A DNA stretch of 64,000 bases, taken from positions 35,873,817-35,937,816 of the forward strand of contig NC_057718.1 in assembly GCF_004010195.1 (NCBI RefSeq). The letters are read 5' to 3'. Positions within the stretch are counted from its first letter, which is position 1. Each line of letters starts with the position of its first letter. The translations under genes were made by a program, and so were the position numbers. Shown here piece by piece: positions 50,519 through 62,560 of the stretch. Origin of the DNA: Chiloscyllium plagiosum. Taxonomy: Eukaryota. The notes beneath the pieces were generated by a model, which saw only the letters and a program-made list of their open reading frames with translations, did not search any database and had not been told where the DNA came from.

Positions 50519-51620
50519 CAGCCCCTATGGAGTTACTTCAGTGGCAACAAAAGTAAAGCAGGCTCCTGAAGAATTTGCTTGCAACAATTTTGAGTTGGGG
50601 TAAGCATTTCCAGCATCATGCTATTATTTCAGAAGCTTGATTCATTTGACCCTGCCATCAGGAACTGGGCCCAGTATGTGGAAAGAATGTGTTATCTTTT
50701 TCCAAGCAAATGACACTGCGGCAGATGAAACACAACAAGTAATTCTCCTGACAGCTTGTGGACCTGTAGCTTTTTTGATTATCAGGAGCCTATCTTTCCA
50801 TGGGGCATCAGATTTTAAAACCTTACTTAAAGAATATTACGACTCTAAAGCCACCTCTAATTCTGACACAATATCCCTTTTACATGACACTACGAAAATA
50901 AGGGGAATCCTTACTGGGATTTTTGAACAGGTTAAGATGGCTGACAGAGGCATGTGACTTTGATTTAACCCTTAATTAGATGCTGCGAGACCATTTGGCG
51001 TGTGAGATTAATTCTATAACCATGCAAAAGTGCCTACCTGGACTTCCCATAGGTGCTCAACTGGTTTCATCACTGGAAAATGCAGCAAATAGAGTTTCAG
51101 GGTATTCTGACTGAGCTTGGCAAACACCACTTGAGTGAAGGCAATTGCGCAGCCTCACTCAGGACATATCATGAACAGAAGAATTCTGAGTCAACCCACA
51201 ACAAAACCAAAACAAATCTAAGTCTTGACCAAATTGTTAAAACTTTCTTCAGGATGTGGGGCAACAAGCCATTGGAGTTGCTGCTGGTATGTGGACTTGA
51301 GATGGCAAAAGAGTCCCATTGGACCTAAACTGAGTAAGAGAATTTATAAGGCCAGTATCCAGGAGAGTGCACACCCTGGAAAATCCATCTACACTGATTT
51401 TGCACAGTTATAAATTGCTTGGTAATATCCAAATCAGAACCAATCAAAATAAATGTCTGGTTAAACAGTCAACCGGTTCCAATGGATGTCAATGCTAATT
51501 TAGCCATTTCAGTGACCGCAGAACTGGTCTTTAACAAAATTTGCTTTGGATCTCAACCCATAGGTTTGTGCAGGACCTCGGGAAGACTAAGAACCTGTAC
51601 TGGGTAACCTTTATACACTA

Positions 51621-51934
51621 AGATTAGATTAGATTACAGTGTGGAAACAGGCCCTTCGGCCCAACAAGTCCACACCGACCCGCCGAAGCGCAACCCACCC
51701 ATACCCCCACATTTACCCCTTACCTAACACTACGGGCAATTTAGCATGGCCAATTCACCTGACCTGCACATCTTTGTGACTGTGGGAGGAAACCGGAGCA
51801 CCCGGAGGAAACCCACGCAGACATGGAGAGAATGTGCAAACTCCACACAGTCAGTTGCCTGAGGCGGGAATTGAACGCAGGTCTCCGGCGCTGTGAGGCA
51901 GCAGTGCTAACCGCTGTGCCACCGTGCCGCCCAC
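51621..51934 (-). mobile_element. HE1-like SINE inserted in Gypsy pol
   Basis: Near-perfect reverse complement of 13539-13850; flanks share actaag. Confidence 0.93.
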
Positions 51935-52783
51935 AACTAAGGGTACAACTTTGGTTCCAGTCTCTAATGAGAAGCAGCTAGTTCAGTTACCATTGATTCT
52001 AGTAAAAGGGTTAGGCCCAAGCTTGAATCGGGCAAAGTAAATTGAGAAAGATTCACTGAGATTGGTTCAATATTTTTGATTAGAAAATGGCTGCCTCAAT
52101 GAAGTCCTAATTAAATACCAAGAAGTTTTTCAGGAAGGTCTAGAGACTATCAAAGGAGCCAAGGCCACCTTGTATGTTGACCAGGAAGTAACTCCAAGAT
52201 TCTGCAAGGCCCGCCCAGTGCCATTTGCTTTACGGGCAAATGTAGAGGCAGAAATCAGGAGGCTGAAAGCTAAGGAATCATCAAGTTGGTCCAGTATGTG
52301 GACTGGACAGCACAGGTCATTCCGTTGTGACGCCTGATCAGCCAGTTTGCCTTTGTGGGGATTTTAAACAAATAGTAAACCACTTTTCACAGCTGGATAA
52401 ATACCCAATCCCCTGCACAGAGGATTTATGTGCAAAGTTGGCAGGGTGGCTGTTCTTCACAAACCTGGACATGAACCACGCATACTTGGAGTGACTGTTA
52501 AATAACAATTCCCAGAAGTATGCTACAATTGATACCCATAAAGGTTTGTATCAATATACGAGACTGCCTTTTGGAGTATCGTCAGCATGTGCAATTTTTC
52601 AGTGGACGATAGAGAATAATTTACAAGGTCTACACTAAGTTGCCATTTATCTAGATGATGTGATAACAACTGGGAAGACTAATAAGAAGCACTTAGAGAA
52701 CTTAGACATAATCCTGAGTTGTTTCTCCAGGCAGGTGTATGTATTAGAAGGGAAAAATGTGTTCCAGGCACTCCAAGTGACCT

Positions 52784-53081
52784 TAAAAATGTTGCTGGAA
52801 AAGCGCAGCAGATCAGGCAGCATCAAAGGAGAAGGAGAATCGACGTTTCGGGCATAAGCCCTTCTTCAGGAATGAGGAGGGTGTGCCAATAGCCTGCTTG
52901 CTATTGCACTGACCCTCCCACAGCGCCCACAAGCAGGCTATTGGCACACCCTCCTCATTCCTGAAGAAGGGCTTATGCCCGAAACGTCGAATCTCCTTTT
53001 CCTTTGATGCTGCCTGACCTGCTGCGCTTTTCCAGCAACATATTTTTAAGCTCTGATCCCCAGCATCTGTAGTCCTCACTT
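52784..53081. mobile_element. Penelope-like family B hairpin (arms about 119 bp, 29-nt loop) in Gypsy RT, 14-bp TSD
   Basis: Arms 52782-52900 and 52930-53050; TSD actccaagtgacct at 52770-52783 and 53082-53095. Confidence 0.92.
52957..52992 (+). ncRNA. Hammerhead ribozyme motif (PLE family B) with fully paired stem I
   Basis: ATTC-CTGAAGA-A-GGGC-TTAT-GCCC-GAAA-CGTC-GAAT; predicted cleavage after C52988. Confidence 0.78.
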
Positions 53082-54084
53082 ACTCCAAGTGACCTACCTG
53101 GACTACCGAGTTGACAAGACTGGGTTATAACCATGAAAGATAAAGTGAGGGCAAGCAAAGATGCCCCTGCTCCCATATTTGTATTGGAGCTTACATCCTT
53201 CCTTGGGCTGGTGAATAATATTGGAAGTTTATGTATAACCTGGCCTCCATCCTGGCACCTTTGCATCAACTCCTAAAAACAGGTCAGCCTTGGAAATGGT
53301 CACAAAGCCAAATTATTGTTTTCAGGGAAGTGAAGAAATAACTATCATCCTCTAAATTGGTGGCACACTATGATCCCAAGCGAGACCCGGTATTGACTTA
53401 CGATGCCTCTCCATATGGCTTCGGGGTAGTATTAGTTCAGATGGCCCAGTGAAGAGGAACGCTCAATACCATATGCATCCAGGACTTTGGCTACTGCAGA
53501 GCCTAAATACACTCAGACAGAGAAGATTTGTCGGTCATATTTAGAGACAGGAAGAGCCAAAAATATATTTTACAGATACAAAGTTGTAATAATAATAGAC
53601 CACAAACCCTGCAAATTAAGGTGACCTTGAAATGGCACCTATGGGCCACAATTCACAAAGACAATTCAAGGTCTCAAACGCTGCACAGGGGTATGGAACT
53701 GATTCCCTCTCGCCTTGAGCTGTACATTTTCTGCAACATGCTCTAATGTGTAATTCTGCCTTTCTTGGGTGATGTTAGGCTTTGAGGACAAGGTCTCAGC
53801 TCTCATACAGCACTTATAATCTCTGATTGTCTTATTGCAACATCACTAATGTTGTATAAATCAAAATAAGGTCTCTATGTCAAAGTTCCACATCGAGGCA
53901 TTCCGTGGCCCTCCTTGCTGGAGTCCTCCATGTCCCACTGTGTGAAGGAGTACACTAAGCAATTGTTTCTGAGTGGTGTGAGTGCTGACTGCTCACATTA
54001 TGAAGGACCTGCTCTGTTTCTCATGTTCCTCATACAAGGCCATCAGAACCGTGACCAATTATCATTACTATTGTCTTGTTGCAA

Positions 54085-54217
54085 CAGAGAAGGCTTTGGA
54101 GGGGTATGGGCCGGGTGCTGGCAGGTGGGATTAGATTGGGTTGGGATATCTGGTTGGCATGGACGGTTTGGACCGAAGGGTCTGTTTCCATGCTGTACAT
54201 CTCTATGACTCTCTGAC
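54085..54217 (+). mobile_element. HER1-like CR1 3' end
   Basis: ggaccgaagggtctgtttccatgctgtacatctctatgactct. Confidence 0.85.
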
Positions 54218-54371
54218 TCGAAATGCTCCAGCAAGACCAGGACCAACAGCAACCTCCAACAGATGCTGAACAACTTCCACATGAAGAGATCACAGCTGAG
54301 GTTTCTCTCAGCATGTCGAGGAGGTTTGTGAGGCCTAGCATTTGTCATCCTTGATACCATTCCCTCCAGAT

Positions 54372-55350
54372 AAAAACATACAAATTAAGAGCAGAAGTAG
54401 GAAATGAAGCTAGTCAAGCCTCCTTCAAGATCAAGGCTGATCTCATCTTGGACTCAACTCCACTTTCCTGACTGTTCCCCATAAACCTTTATCCTGGTAC
54501 TAATTGAAAACCTGTTTATTTCCTCGTTAAATTTATTCAGTATCCTGACATCTATCAGGGGTAGTAAATTCCACAGATTCATGATCATTTGAGAGATGTA
54601 ATTCTTTCTTATTTCTGTTTTAACCTGCCACCCTTTAGCATAAAGTTATGATCTTTCATTCTAGATTTCCCCACAGGGGGAAACATCTACACTACATCTA
54701 CTTTATCAATCCCCTTTAGCATCTTACATCCTACCTCAATTACATATCCTCTCATCCTTCTAAACTCTAGCAAGTGTAGTCCTAAACTCTCATTCTCCTT
54801 CATTGCTAGAGTAAATCTAATGAAGCTTGTGTAAACTGTTTCCAATGGAATTACATCCTTCCTCAAGTAAGAGAACCAAAACTGCACACAATACTCCTTA
54901 CGTGATCTCATTAATACCTTGGACAATTGCAATATACTTCCCTAAATTTATGCTCCACTCCTGTAACAGCAAATGTCAAAATACCATTGCCCTCTTTATT
55001 ATCTGCTCGACCTGCATACTAGTTTTCTGCAACTAAAGCAAAAGGACAGCCAGATCCTTCTGCACTGAAACATTTTGAAGTTTCTCTTCATTTAGATCAT
55101 AAGTCGCCTTTTATTCTTCCAACAAAAATGGATAACCTCACACTTAACCACATTAAACTGCAAATATTGGCCCATTCACCTAACTTATCCACACCCATTT
55201 GTAAGTTTCTTATTTTTTCATTGCAATTTAAGTCCCACCTATTTTGGTATCAGAACTTGCCAATCAGAAAAAGGCTCATTTATCCCTACTGTCTGTTTTC
55301 TGTCAGTTAGCCAATCCTCTATCCAAGTTAACATATTACCTCTAACCCCT
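54372..55350 (-). mobile_element. Old CR1 fragment
   Basis: 'EYCVQFWFSYLRKDVIPLETV'. Confidence 0.8.
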
Positions 55351-55369
55351 AAGAGGACTGAGGTACAGG

Positions 55370-56170
55370 ATTGCCATAGGCTGAGATTGTCCTGGACACT
55401 GTCGCTGAACTACATAATTGCTGGAGCAAAATCTGTGATCTGAAAGGGTGGGTGGCCATCCTATCCCACTGCCTGTTAAGGTGACAGCTTCACTAAACCT
55501 TTAGACAATTGGCTGCTTCCAAGGATCCACTGTGGATAGCATAGGATCTCACAACCTTCAGCCTACAAATGTATTGAAGCTGTTAGCATTGCAATTCATG
55601 CCAGATCACACCACCACACCTTTTTCTTCCTGATGAGGTCAGTATTGCTGTCTGAACAGGAGGCTTTGCCACTCAGCTGGCTTCCCCCAAGTACAGCACG
55701 CTTTAATCTGTACACATGTCACATTGAGAGCGCCATATCATAACAAAGCCTATTGCAACAACAGAAAAGTGGTCCATTCAATCACATTGAAGTCATCTAT
55801 GATCACAGGTACCATATTTTAGAAGTCTATGCCAGGTACCCTGGGTGCTGCCATGATGCCTATATCCTTGAGATCATGTGTTCCTGCTTCATTTCAAAGG
55901 CCAGATGCTGTCAAGAATGTTTACTAGGGGGAGCAAGGCCTAGCCTCTGCGAATATGGCTGATGGCTCTGGCACAAAACCCCCGACTGAGGCACAGCGTA
56001 GATACAATACAGCCCATTCTTCAACCAAGGCCATTTTACAGTAGACAATAGGCTTCCTCAAAATGAGGATCCAACATTTGATTAGTCTGGAGGGTATCTT
56101 TGAGTTCAGTCTAGACAGAATATGCCACAAAATCCTTACTTTGTTGTGCTCTATATAATTGAAGCAGCCA
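55370..56170 (+). mobile_element. PIF/Harbinger transposase remnant (HARBI1-like DDE), disrupted
   Basis: 'VKVTASL', 'AGFPQVQHALICTHVTLRAP', 'NRK', 'YARYPGCCHDAYIL', 'PTEAQRRYNTAHSSTKAILQ*TIGFLKMR'. Confidence 0.85.
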
Positions 56171-56844
56171 AAGGGGGAAATGTGATGGATGTTGAAGAGT
56201 TGGCAGAGCCACAGCCATCTTGCAAGAACATTGAGCAAGAGGAGCATTAGTTTCCCCATGATAGAGCACAGCAGCATCGAGCACAACAAGCCAAATAAGA
56301 CTTAATTGGCACCCAGTTCCAATGGATAAGAGCGGGGTACATTAATCACTCGTTGACTATAAATTTCACAGCATTCGAAAGGCAAGCAGTGTCAGAGGCA
56401 AATTCAGCTTCTGTTAGTTTTTTTTTGTTTGCTTTTGCAGTTGCTGAAAAAAGTGAATGGTTTTAACTGTTTGAAGGCTTTCCTTTATTGATGGTTCCTC
56501 ATTGATCAATGATAAGATGCTGGGCTACATTGGATATTGGGGCAAGGGGAGCACTGACTTAGAGAGCTATAAGATGGGATAAGGCTAAAGACAGGGAGGC
56601 TGTGTAGCTTGATTCTTACATTGGAATAGGTGTAACAGTATGTACTTGCATGTGCAATTGTCAGCTATGCCATGTATCAGCTCTGAGAAGCATTGCTTTA
56701 TGGTTGCTCTCTCACTAGTGCATGGTGAAGGGCAACTCTGGAGTGCAAGTGGTTGACCACATATGCAACTAAAAGATGATAACACACCACTGATCCCAGG
56801 AAACCTCAGCAGTGATGAGGACTTCTGCCTACGCCAATGGTTGA

Positions 56845-57285
56845 ATAGAGTCATAAAGATGTACAGTATGGAAACAGACCAATTTGTTTAACTCCTCTCT
56901 GCCAAACAGATATCCTGAATTGATCTAGTCCCAATTGCCAGCATTTGACCATTATCTCTCTAAACCATTCCTATCCATATACCCATCTAGATGCCTTCTA
57001 ACTGTTGCAATTGTACCAGCCTCCACCACGTCCTCTGGCAGATCATTCCACACATGCACCACTGTCTGCGTGAAAATGTTGCTGCTCAGATCCCTTTTAA
57101 ATCTTTCCCCTCTCACCGTAAACCTCTGTCCTCTCGTCTTAGACTACCGCACCCTGGGAAAAAGACCTTTGCTATTCACCCTATCCATGCCTCTCATGAT
57201 TTTAGAAACCTTTATAAGGTCCTCCCTCAGTCTCCAATGCTCCAGGGAAAGTAGCTCCAGCCTATTCAGGCTCTCCTTACAGCTA
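56845..57285 (-). mobile_element. HER1-like CR1 3' fragment
   Basis: tagagtcataaagatgtacagtatggaaacagacc tail; matches 6132-6540. Confidence 0.88.
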
Positions 57286-57799
57286 GGACAAGTGGGACGT
57301 CATAATGGCATGGTGATGAGGCGAGTTTGGGAAAACATGAAGATGCTCACTAGGCCTTGCAGAGAGAAACCTTTCATGCCAAAATTGAATTCAGTCTGTA
57401 GTCTTACATTTGCCAAATGAATTGATGATAATTTGTCAACTGTTTAATAATATAACTGAATTATGTATTGTGACTTCAAATGGCATATGGCTTCAGCACC
57501 ATTTGGATACTGAAATCAATAAGTAATTAATCATAATCTTATGAGTAAAATAATATTGGCCAGCAAAAAAAAGAAAACTTCAGCTGAATTTTTCACGAAC
57601 CACTGGTAAGAATTGATCATAAGGGCTCCCTCATGTGGTGCAGTGGACAAATTAAAATATCCGGGAGAAGCAGCAGAAATTTCTCACTAACTTTGGTCAA
57701 GATTTTGACTTGAACATTAATTAGGCAACAGTGCTTTATCCCTTTGGACACCTTTTTTAAACTAAACTTCCTGAAAACTGGAATTTTGTGTTCTCGATC

Positions 57800-58630
57800 T
57801 TTCTGTTAAGATGTTGCCTGTTTGGGTGACTATAAGAAGAGAAGCTCATGAGCATCTCCAGAAGAGATGAATCCAGTGACACTTGTGGAACCAGTGGCTT
57901 GATTCATGGTGATGGCAGCATGATCATGGTATTGGTGAGGTGGGAATAAGTCTCAGAATGTCGATAAGGTAACTGTCTTCAAGGAAGAAGTTGATACACA
58001 AGACAATAAATAGCACTACCTTGATCAAGAGGATTGATATGTGAGAATTAGACCCAAGCAAATAGAGTGCAGCAAGATCCCCCTCCAGACGGAAACAAGT
58101 TACTGTACAGTGATAGAAAGGAGCAGAGAAAAAGAGATGGCCAATGTCACGCTGACTGTTTTCAATGAGGTAAGAGTAAAAGGGAGAGATCCACGTGGAG
58201 TGAAAGTGTCCGCTGGTCAAGGGTCATCTCCAGGTCAAGGAAGTACGCATTGAGGTGAAGGTGACAGCAGCAATCAATATTGTGCTGAATTCAAAATGCA
58301 TTAAGATGACGCTGCAAGTGAATAAAGCTGAATCTTTTGCTAAGGGACGGGAAGCTAGGAAAGATTGTGAACATGAGGCAGGAAGTGAGATTACAAGAAG
58401 GGCTGGGGAACAAAGAGAACTGAAAGGAAAAATGATTTATAGGGGAGTTGGCATCCATGAGTTTTTGGAGTTTGCAATCCTTAACACTTGAAAGAGAAAA
58501 GAACGTGTATTTTATTAAAGCAGAAATTTAGATGAAGGATGAAATGAAACTGCACAGAAGGGCAGCTTTGAAATAGAGTGAGTCAATGTTTCTGGGGAGA
58601 GATCTTGTGAGTGTACACTGATACGTGTGT
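57800..58630 (-). mobile_element. Ancient LINE RT remnant (L2-like)
   Basis: Purine-rich + strand with degraded RT-like blocks (e.g. attagacccaag); family call tentative. Confidence 0.35.
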
Positions 58631-58716
58631 GTAAATGAGTGTAAACCTCAGGATGTGGTGAGCGCAGCATTTTGAAGAATATAGAACGTCTTGGAGATTA
58701 TTAAATCCATGTAAAA

Positions 58717-58895
58717 TAAAACAACAGCTGCGGCTGCTGGAGATCTGCAACAGAAACAGAAATTGCTGGTGAAACTCAGCAAGTTTGGCAGCATCTTTGA
58801 GAAGGAAGCAGAGTTAATGTTTTGAGTCCAGTGACACTTCATCAGAACTTCTGATGCTGCCAGATCTGCTGAGTTTCGCCAGCAATTGCTGTTTT
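58717..58895. mobile_element. Penelope-like family D hairpin with CpG-decayed hammerhead motif (58812-58849, minus)
   Basis: Inverted arms; minus strand AGTT-CTGATGA-A-GTGTC-ACTG-GACTC-AAAA-CATT-AACT. Confidence 0.75.
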
Positions 58896-59108
58896 TCTTG
58901 GGGTTAAACTAAGGGTGGATTGGAAAGGTGAATGATGAAATTAAAGTTGAAAACCATGTGAAATGAGTCCGAGCTCAAGTCAGTGGCTGAAGTGTGAATG
59001 TTGCATTTACAATATTTTACTCTTGTTCCTTTCAGAACTGTTTGCTTGTCTCCTAAAACTTGCACAGTGCAAGCTCCAGTTGGTCTTAGGTAATAAGCAA
59101 ATAGTTTT

Positions 59109-59425
59109 TTAGATCAGATTACTTACAGTGTAGAAACAGGTCCTTTGGCCCAACAAGTCCACACCGACCCTCCAAAGAGTAACCCACCCAGATCCATTCC
59201 CCTACAGTTACCCTTTCACCTAACACTACAGGCAATTTAGCATGGCCAATTCACTAACCTGCACATTTTTGGACTGTGGGAGGAAACCGGAGCACCCGGA
59301 GGAAACCCACACAGACACGGGGAGAATGTGCAAACTCCACACAGACAGTTGCCTGAGGCGGTCACTGAACCCGTGTCTCTGGCGCTGTGAGGCAGCAGTG
59401 TTAACCACTGTGCCACTGTGCCGCC
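59109..59425 (-). mobile_element. HE1-like SINE
   Basis: Reverse complement of the HE1 consensus seen at 13539-13850. Confidence 0.92.
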
Positions 59426-60186
59426 ATGGTCTTGAAATGGGTACAGCACCGTCATTACCTATTGAATTGAGAATATTACCTGTTGGAGACAGTCTACATG
59501 GGAAAAATGTGTCAAATGTCAAGTCAAATTTAACAGTGGCCCAAGCACACAAACAGTGTGAAACACAAGCCATCAAGTGGCTATATCATCTATTGTGCTA
59601 TTGTGCTCTTTATGCATTCGTAGAACAAATTCAAAATGGTGATTTTCTCCACCTGTTACTTTTTAACACTAGCTATATTATTTTCCCCATTCTCTCCTAA
59701 AAGCAGTTACTCACATTGTGATAATAGTATGTTGCAATGGACACTGAATATCCAATTACATCTCACCCAATTAGACATAACTTTTGAATCAACCTAGTAA
59801 CTAAAACCTGATTATTCAATTCTGGGAGAAATAGCAGTGAGCCTAATGTTATCCAGGCATCAGTTTTGGTAAGATATGTCCCTAATTTCAAGGATTTAGA
59901 AGAATTCTGATAGTCACTGCAGTTTCCTGCTCAGCAAAGTTCTCTTTATCTCCTGCTATGAAGTAGAACCAGAGCCTATTTCACTTTTTTAAAAGCCTGT
60001 GGGGTGATGATGCCTTTGCAACAAGTGGTACAGAGCCCCACATAATCTACCTTACATCCTCATTCTGACCCGGGTTTTGCATTTTATATCTTTAACAAGT
60101 AACATTTGCCATTTTCTCTGTAGCACATTGCTACACATACAATTATGTCTATCATATTTATTAGCATTTACCAAGCTAATCTGAAC

Positions 60187-60470
60187 TTTTTTATTCATTC
60201 ACAGGATGTAGATGTCACTTGCTAGGTCGACATTTATTTTTCATTCCCTTAGGAGTCAACCATATCAGTGTGGGTCTGGAGTCATCTTAGGCCAGACCAG
60301 GTAAGGGATGCAGTTCCTTCAACAGAATCATGGTTATCATTTGACTTCTAATTCTAGAATTTTTATTGAATTCAAATTCCACCCACTTAACCATTTGGAG
60401 AGATTCAAACCCAGGTGCCCATGCCATCACCTGGGTCTGTGGATTAATAGTCTAGTGACAATACCATTGG
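60187..60470 (-). mobile_element. Second-family tRNA SINE (internally deleted)
   Basis: ttattcattcacaggatg...gggtctggagtca...attcaaacccagg; reverse complement of 63320-63690. Confidence 0.65.
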
Positions 60471-61919
60471 GCATTGATCCAATGCTTTAGTGTGATGTGA
60501 AGATTTCTATCTTTAATGCCTTTGGCTACACAAGAAGCTCACAAAAGTATTAATTCTGTCTGCTGTGTACAGGTTCATATTATTTATATGCCTTTATTCA
60601 TTTGTATGTACTTTACTGACACAACTGGAATGCTCATGAAGGCATTCAAGAACAGCATCCATTTTAGTGAGTTATTTCTGAAGCTTTTCTACTTCTTTTC
60701 CCAACAACATCTTTCACCTATTGTGACTATAAAAAATAGAACAACAGTAAAATATTTCCATAATGTCTACATTGAATAGAATTTGTGTATGGAATCTGCA
60801 CTAGCTCCACAATTTATATTAGACTTACTTGGATGAATCTCTCACTGTTCCTATTGCTATTTTTTGACTCAGAGCACCCATGATATTATTGCCCACGGAT
60901 CTTTCACCCCATTCTTGTGAATAGGATGGAACTTGTCTGATGTCTGATATTGAGCAATGAATCATTAACATCACACGGCAATGTTGTTTACTTTATTATC
61001 TGTAAATTATATTGACTCATGTAGACAGTCTAAAAAAAATAAGCAAGTGCTTCTGTGCCTCTGTGAGTTAGGGCACTGAAGTGCTGCTCTGCAAGTTGAT
61101 TGATGAGGCTTTTCCATGCAATTCTGCATGTAATAGATTTCAGAACTTTGCCCAGAAATCTGGAGGTTACTGAAAGGTTAGAAACATCCTTTGAGCAAGG
61201 GAGACAAATACAATATAAGATAATCCATGCCACCATTTTTTCCTAAATACATGGGGGTAATCTGGTGCGACCCTTTTAAATAGAGGATTAAAAGTTCCAG
61301 AAAAATATAATTTGTAGACTTTAATCCTGAGGGCAGTGGGATCACAGTTGGAGCATTTTTTCTTGTTTCTCACCCTAAGGTCAATCTTCATGCATAAGCT
61401 TAAGTGAGTGGAAGGGCAATTCTTGACTGTGAACCCTCAGAGACATCTAATTCTAAGTCATGGGACATTGGATAATAGTTAGAGTGTGCACCAGATGATT
61501 TTTCCATTTGCAGCGTAACCTAATGATAAAGATCTCGCCATTTTAGAGTCAAGATTCTCAAGAGTCACACTATTTTCCTGTTTAAACCATAAAATACAAG
61601 CTTCAAGAGGCAGTTTTAAGTCTTTAGGCATTTAGAATTTTTGAGAAAAACATTAGATCCATTATAAGGCAATGAAAGTAATGGTGGTGAACAAACAAAA
61701 AGGTTAGAATGGAAAACCTGTTGGAGAGAGGAGCACAGCCTGAGCCATTATGAATCTTTGCTCAGAACAACAAATAGCAGCAAGAGGAAAAATGAGTTAA
61801 CAGGATTAGACAAATATCAGAAGAGGATTGCAATGTGAATTTGCTGTATCATGCAATCCTTTCTATTAATTCATTGTTTCTGCTGTTTGGATGATTCGAA
61901 GGTTTGTCCGCAATCAGTG

Positions 61920-62560
61920 GAAAACGGATAAACAGCCTAGGGTATGCTGATGGTGCAATACTGATTGCAGATACCAGAAAGACACAAGAAGGTAAATCAG
62001 ATAAGTTTAGAACATGGTTTGAAAACAAATTCTAAGAAATCGACGTCAGTGGCTATCAAAAAGTAAGAGGGCCTCTTAAAAATTGATCTGCGTGAAAAAA
62101 TATGGAAATGGAACAAGTAGATAAAATTGTTTGTGTGCGGCAATCTAATAACTATTAGGTTGCTGAAGCAACGCAAATTAAACGGATGTTAGAAATTGCA
62201 AAAGACGGATTTAAAACATGAATGACACACTACAAAATATTTCCTCTGCCCTTTAAATGTAACAATATTGGAAATCAGTTCTCTGTAATCAGTTTCGCAA
62301 TCTCAGTTGATATGGCACTCTGTGGGCACATTACTCTGGTCATAATAAAAACTGAAGTAATAGATCAAAGGACAGCTAAACAAGAATGTTGTTGACTGAT
62401 GTGATGGAACAGTCATCTGGGAATAATATAATCCAGTTTGGCAGAAACTCAGAAGTTTGACGTTCACTTGTTGTTAACTTCCAACTTCCAATGAGAGATA
62501 AAAATTAGTTGAGAGAAAGAGAGAATGCAGGAGAGACAATAAAATGCGGTAGAAGAGGAA
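61920..62560 (+). mobile_element. RTE/BovB-like LINE remnant
   Basis: 'YADGAILIAD', 'EQVDK', 'IKRMLEIAKDGF' resemble the RTE RT motifs YADDTVLIA, EQV..F and EIKRRI.IAK.AF. Confidence 0.6.

Larger units (their letters stand above)
50218..53611 (+). mobile_element. Decayed Gypsy/Ty3 LTR retrotransposon (5' LTR, gag, protease, RT, RNase H); 3' part missing
   Basis: LTR tgtaac...acttca at 50218-50540 with aataaa, PBS-like tggcaac; gag 'KLDSFDPA..W..YVERM', RT 'RLPFGVSSACAIFQ...IYLDDVITTG', RNase H 'HYDPKRDPVLTYDASPYG', 'DHKP'. Confidence 0.9.

Noticed and set aside
55370..56170. Domesticated HARBI1 gene
   Set aside because: Multiple stops and frameshifts plus a mutated catalytic motif indicate a TE relic.
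59242..59700. 152-aa ORF
   Set aside because: Starts inside an antisense HE1 SINE and runs into unique sequence with no domain features.
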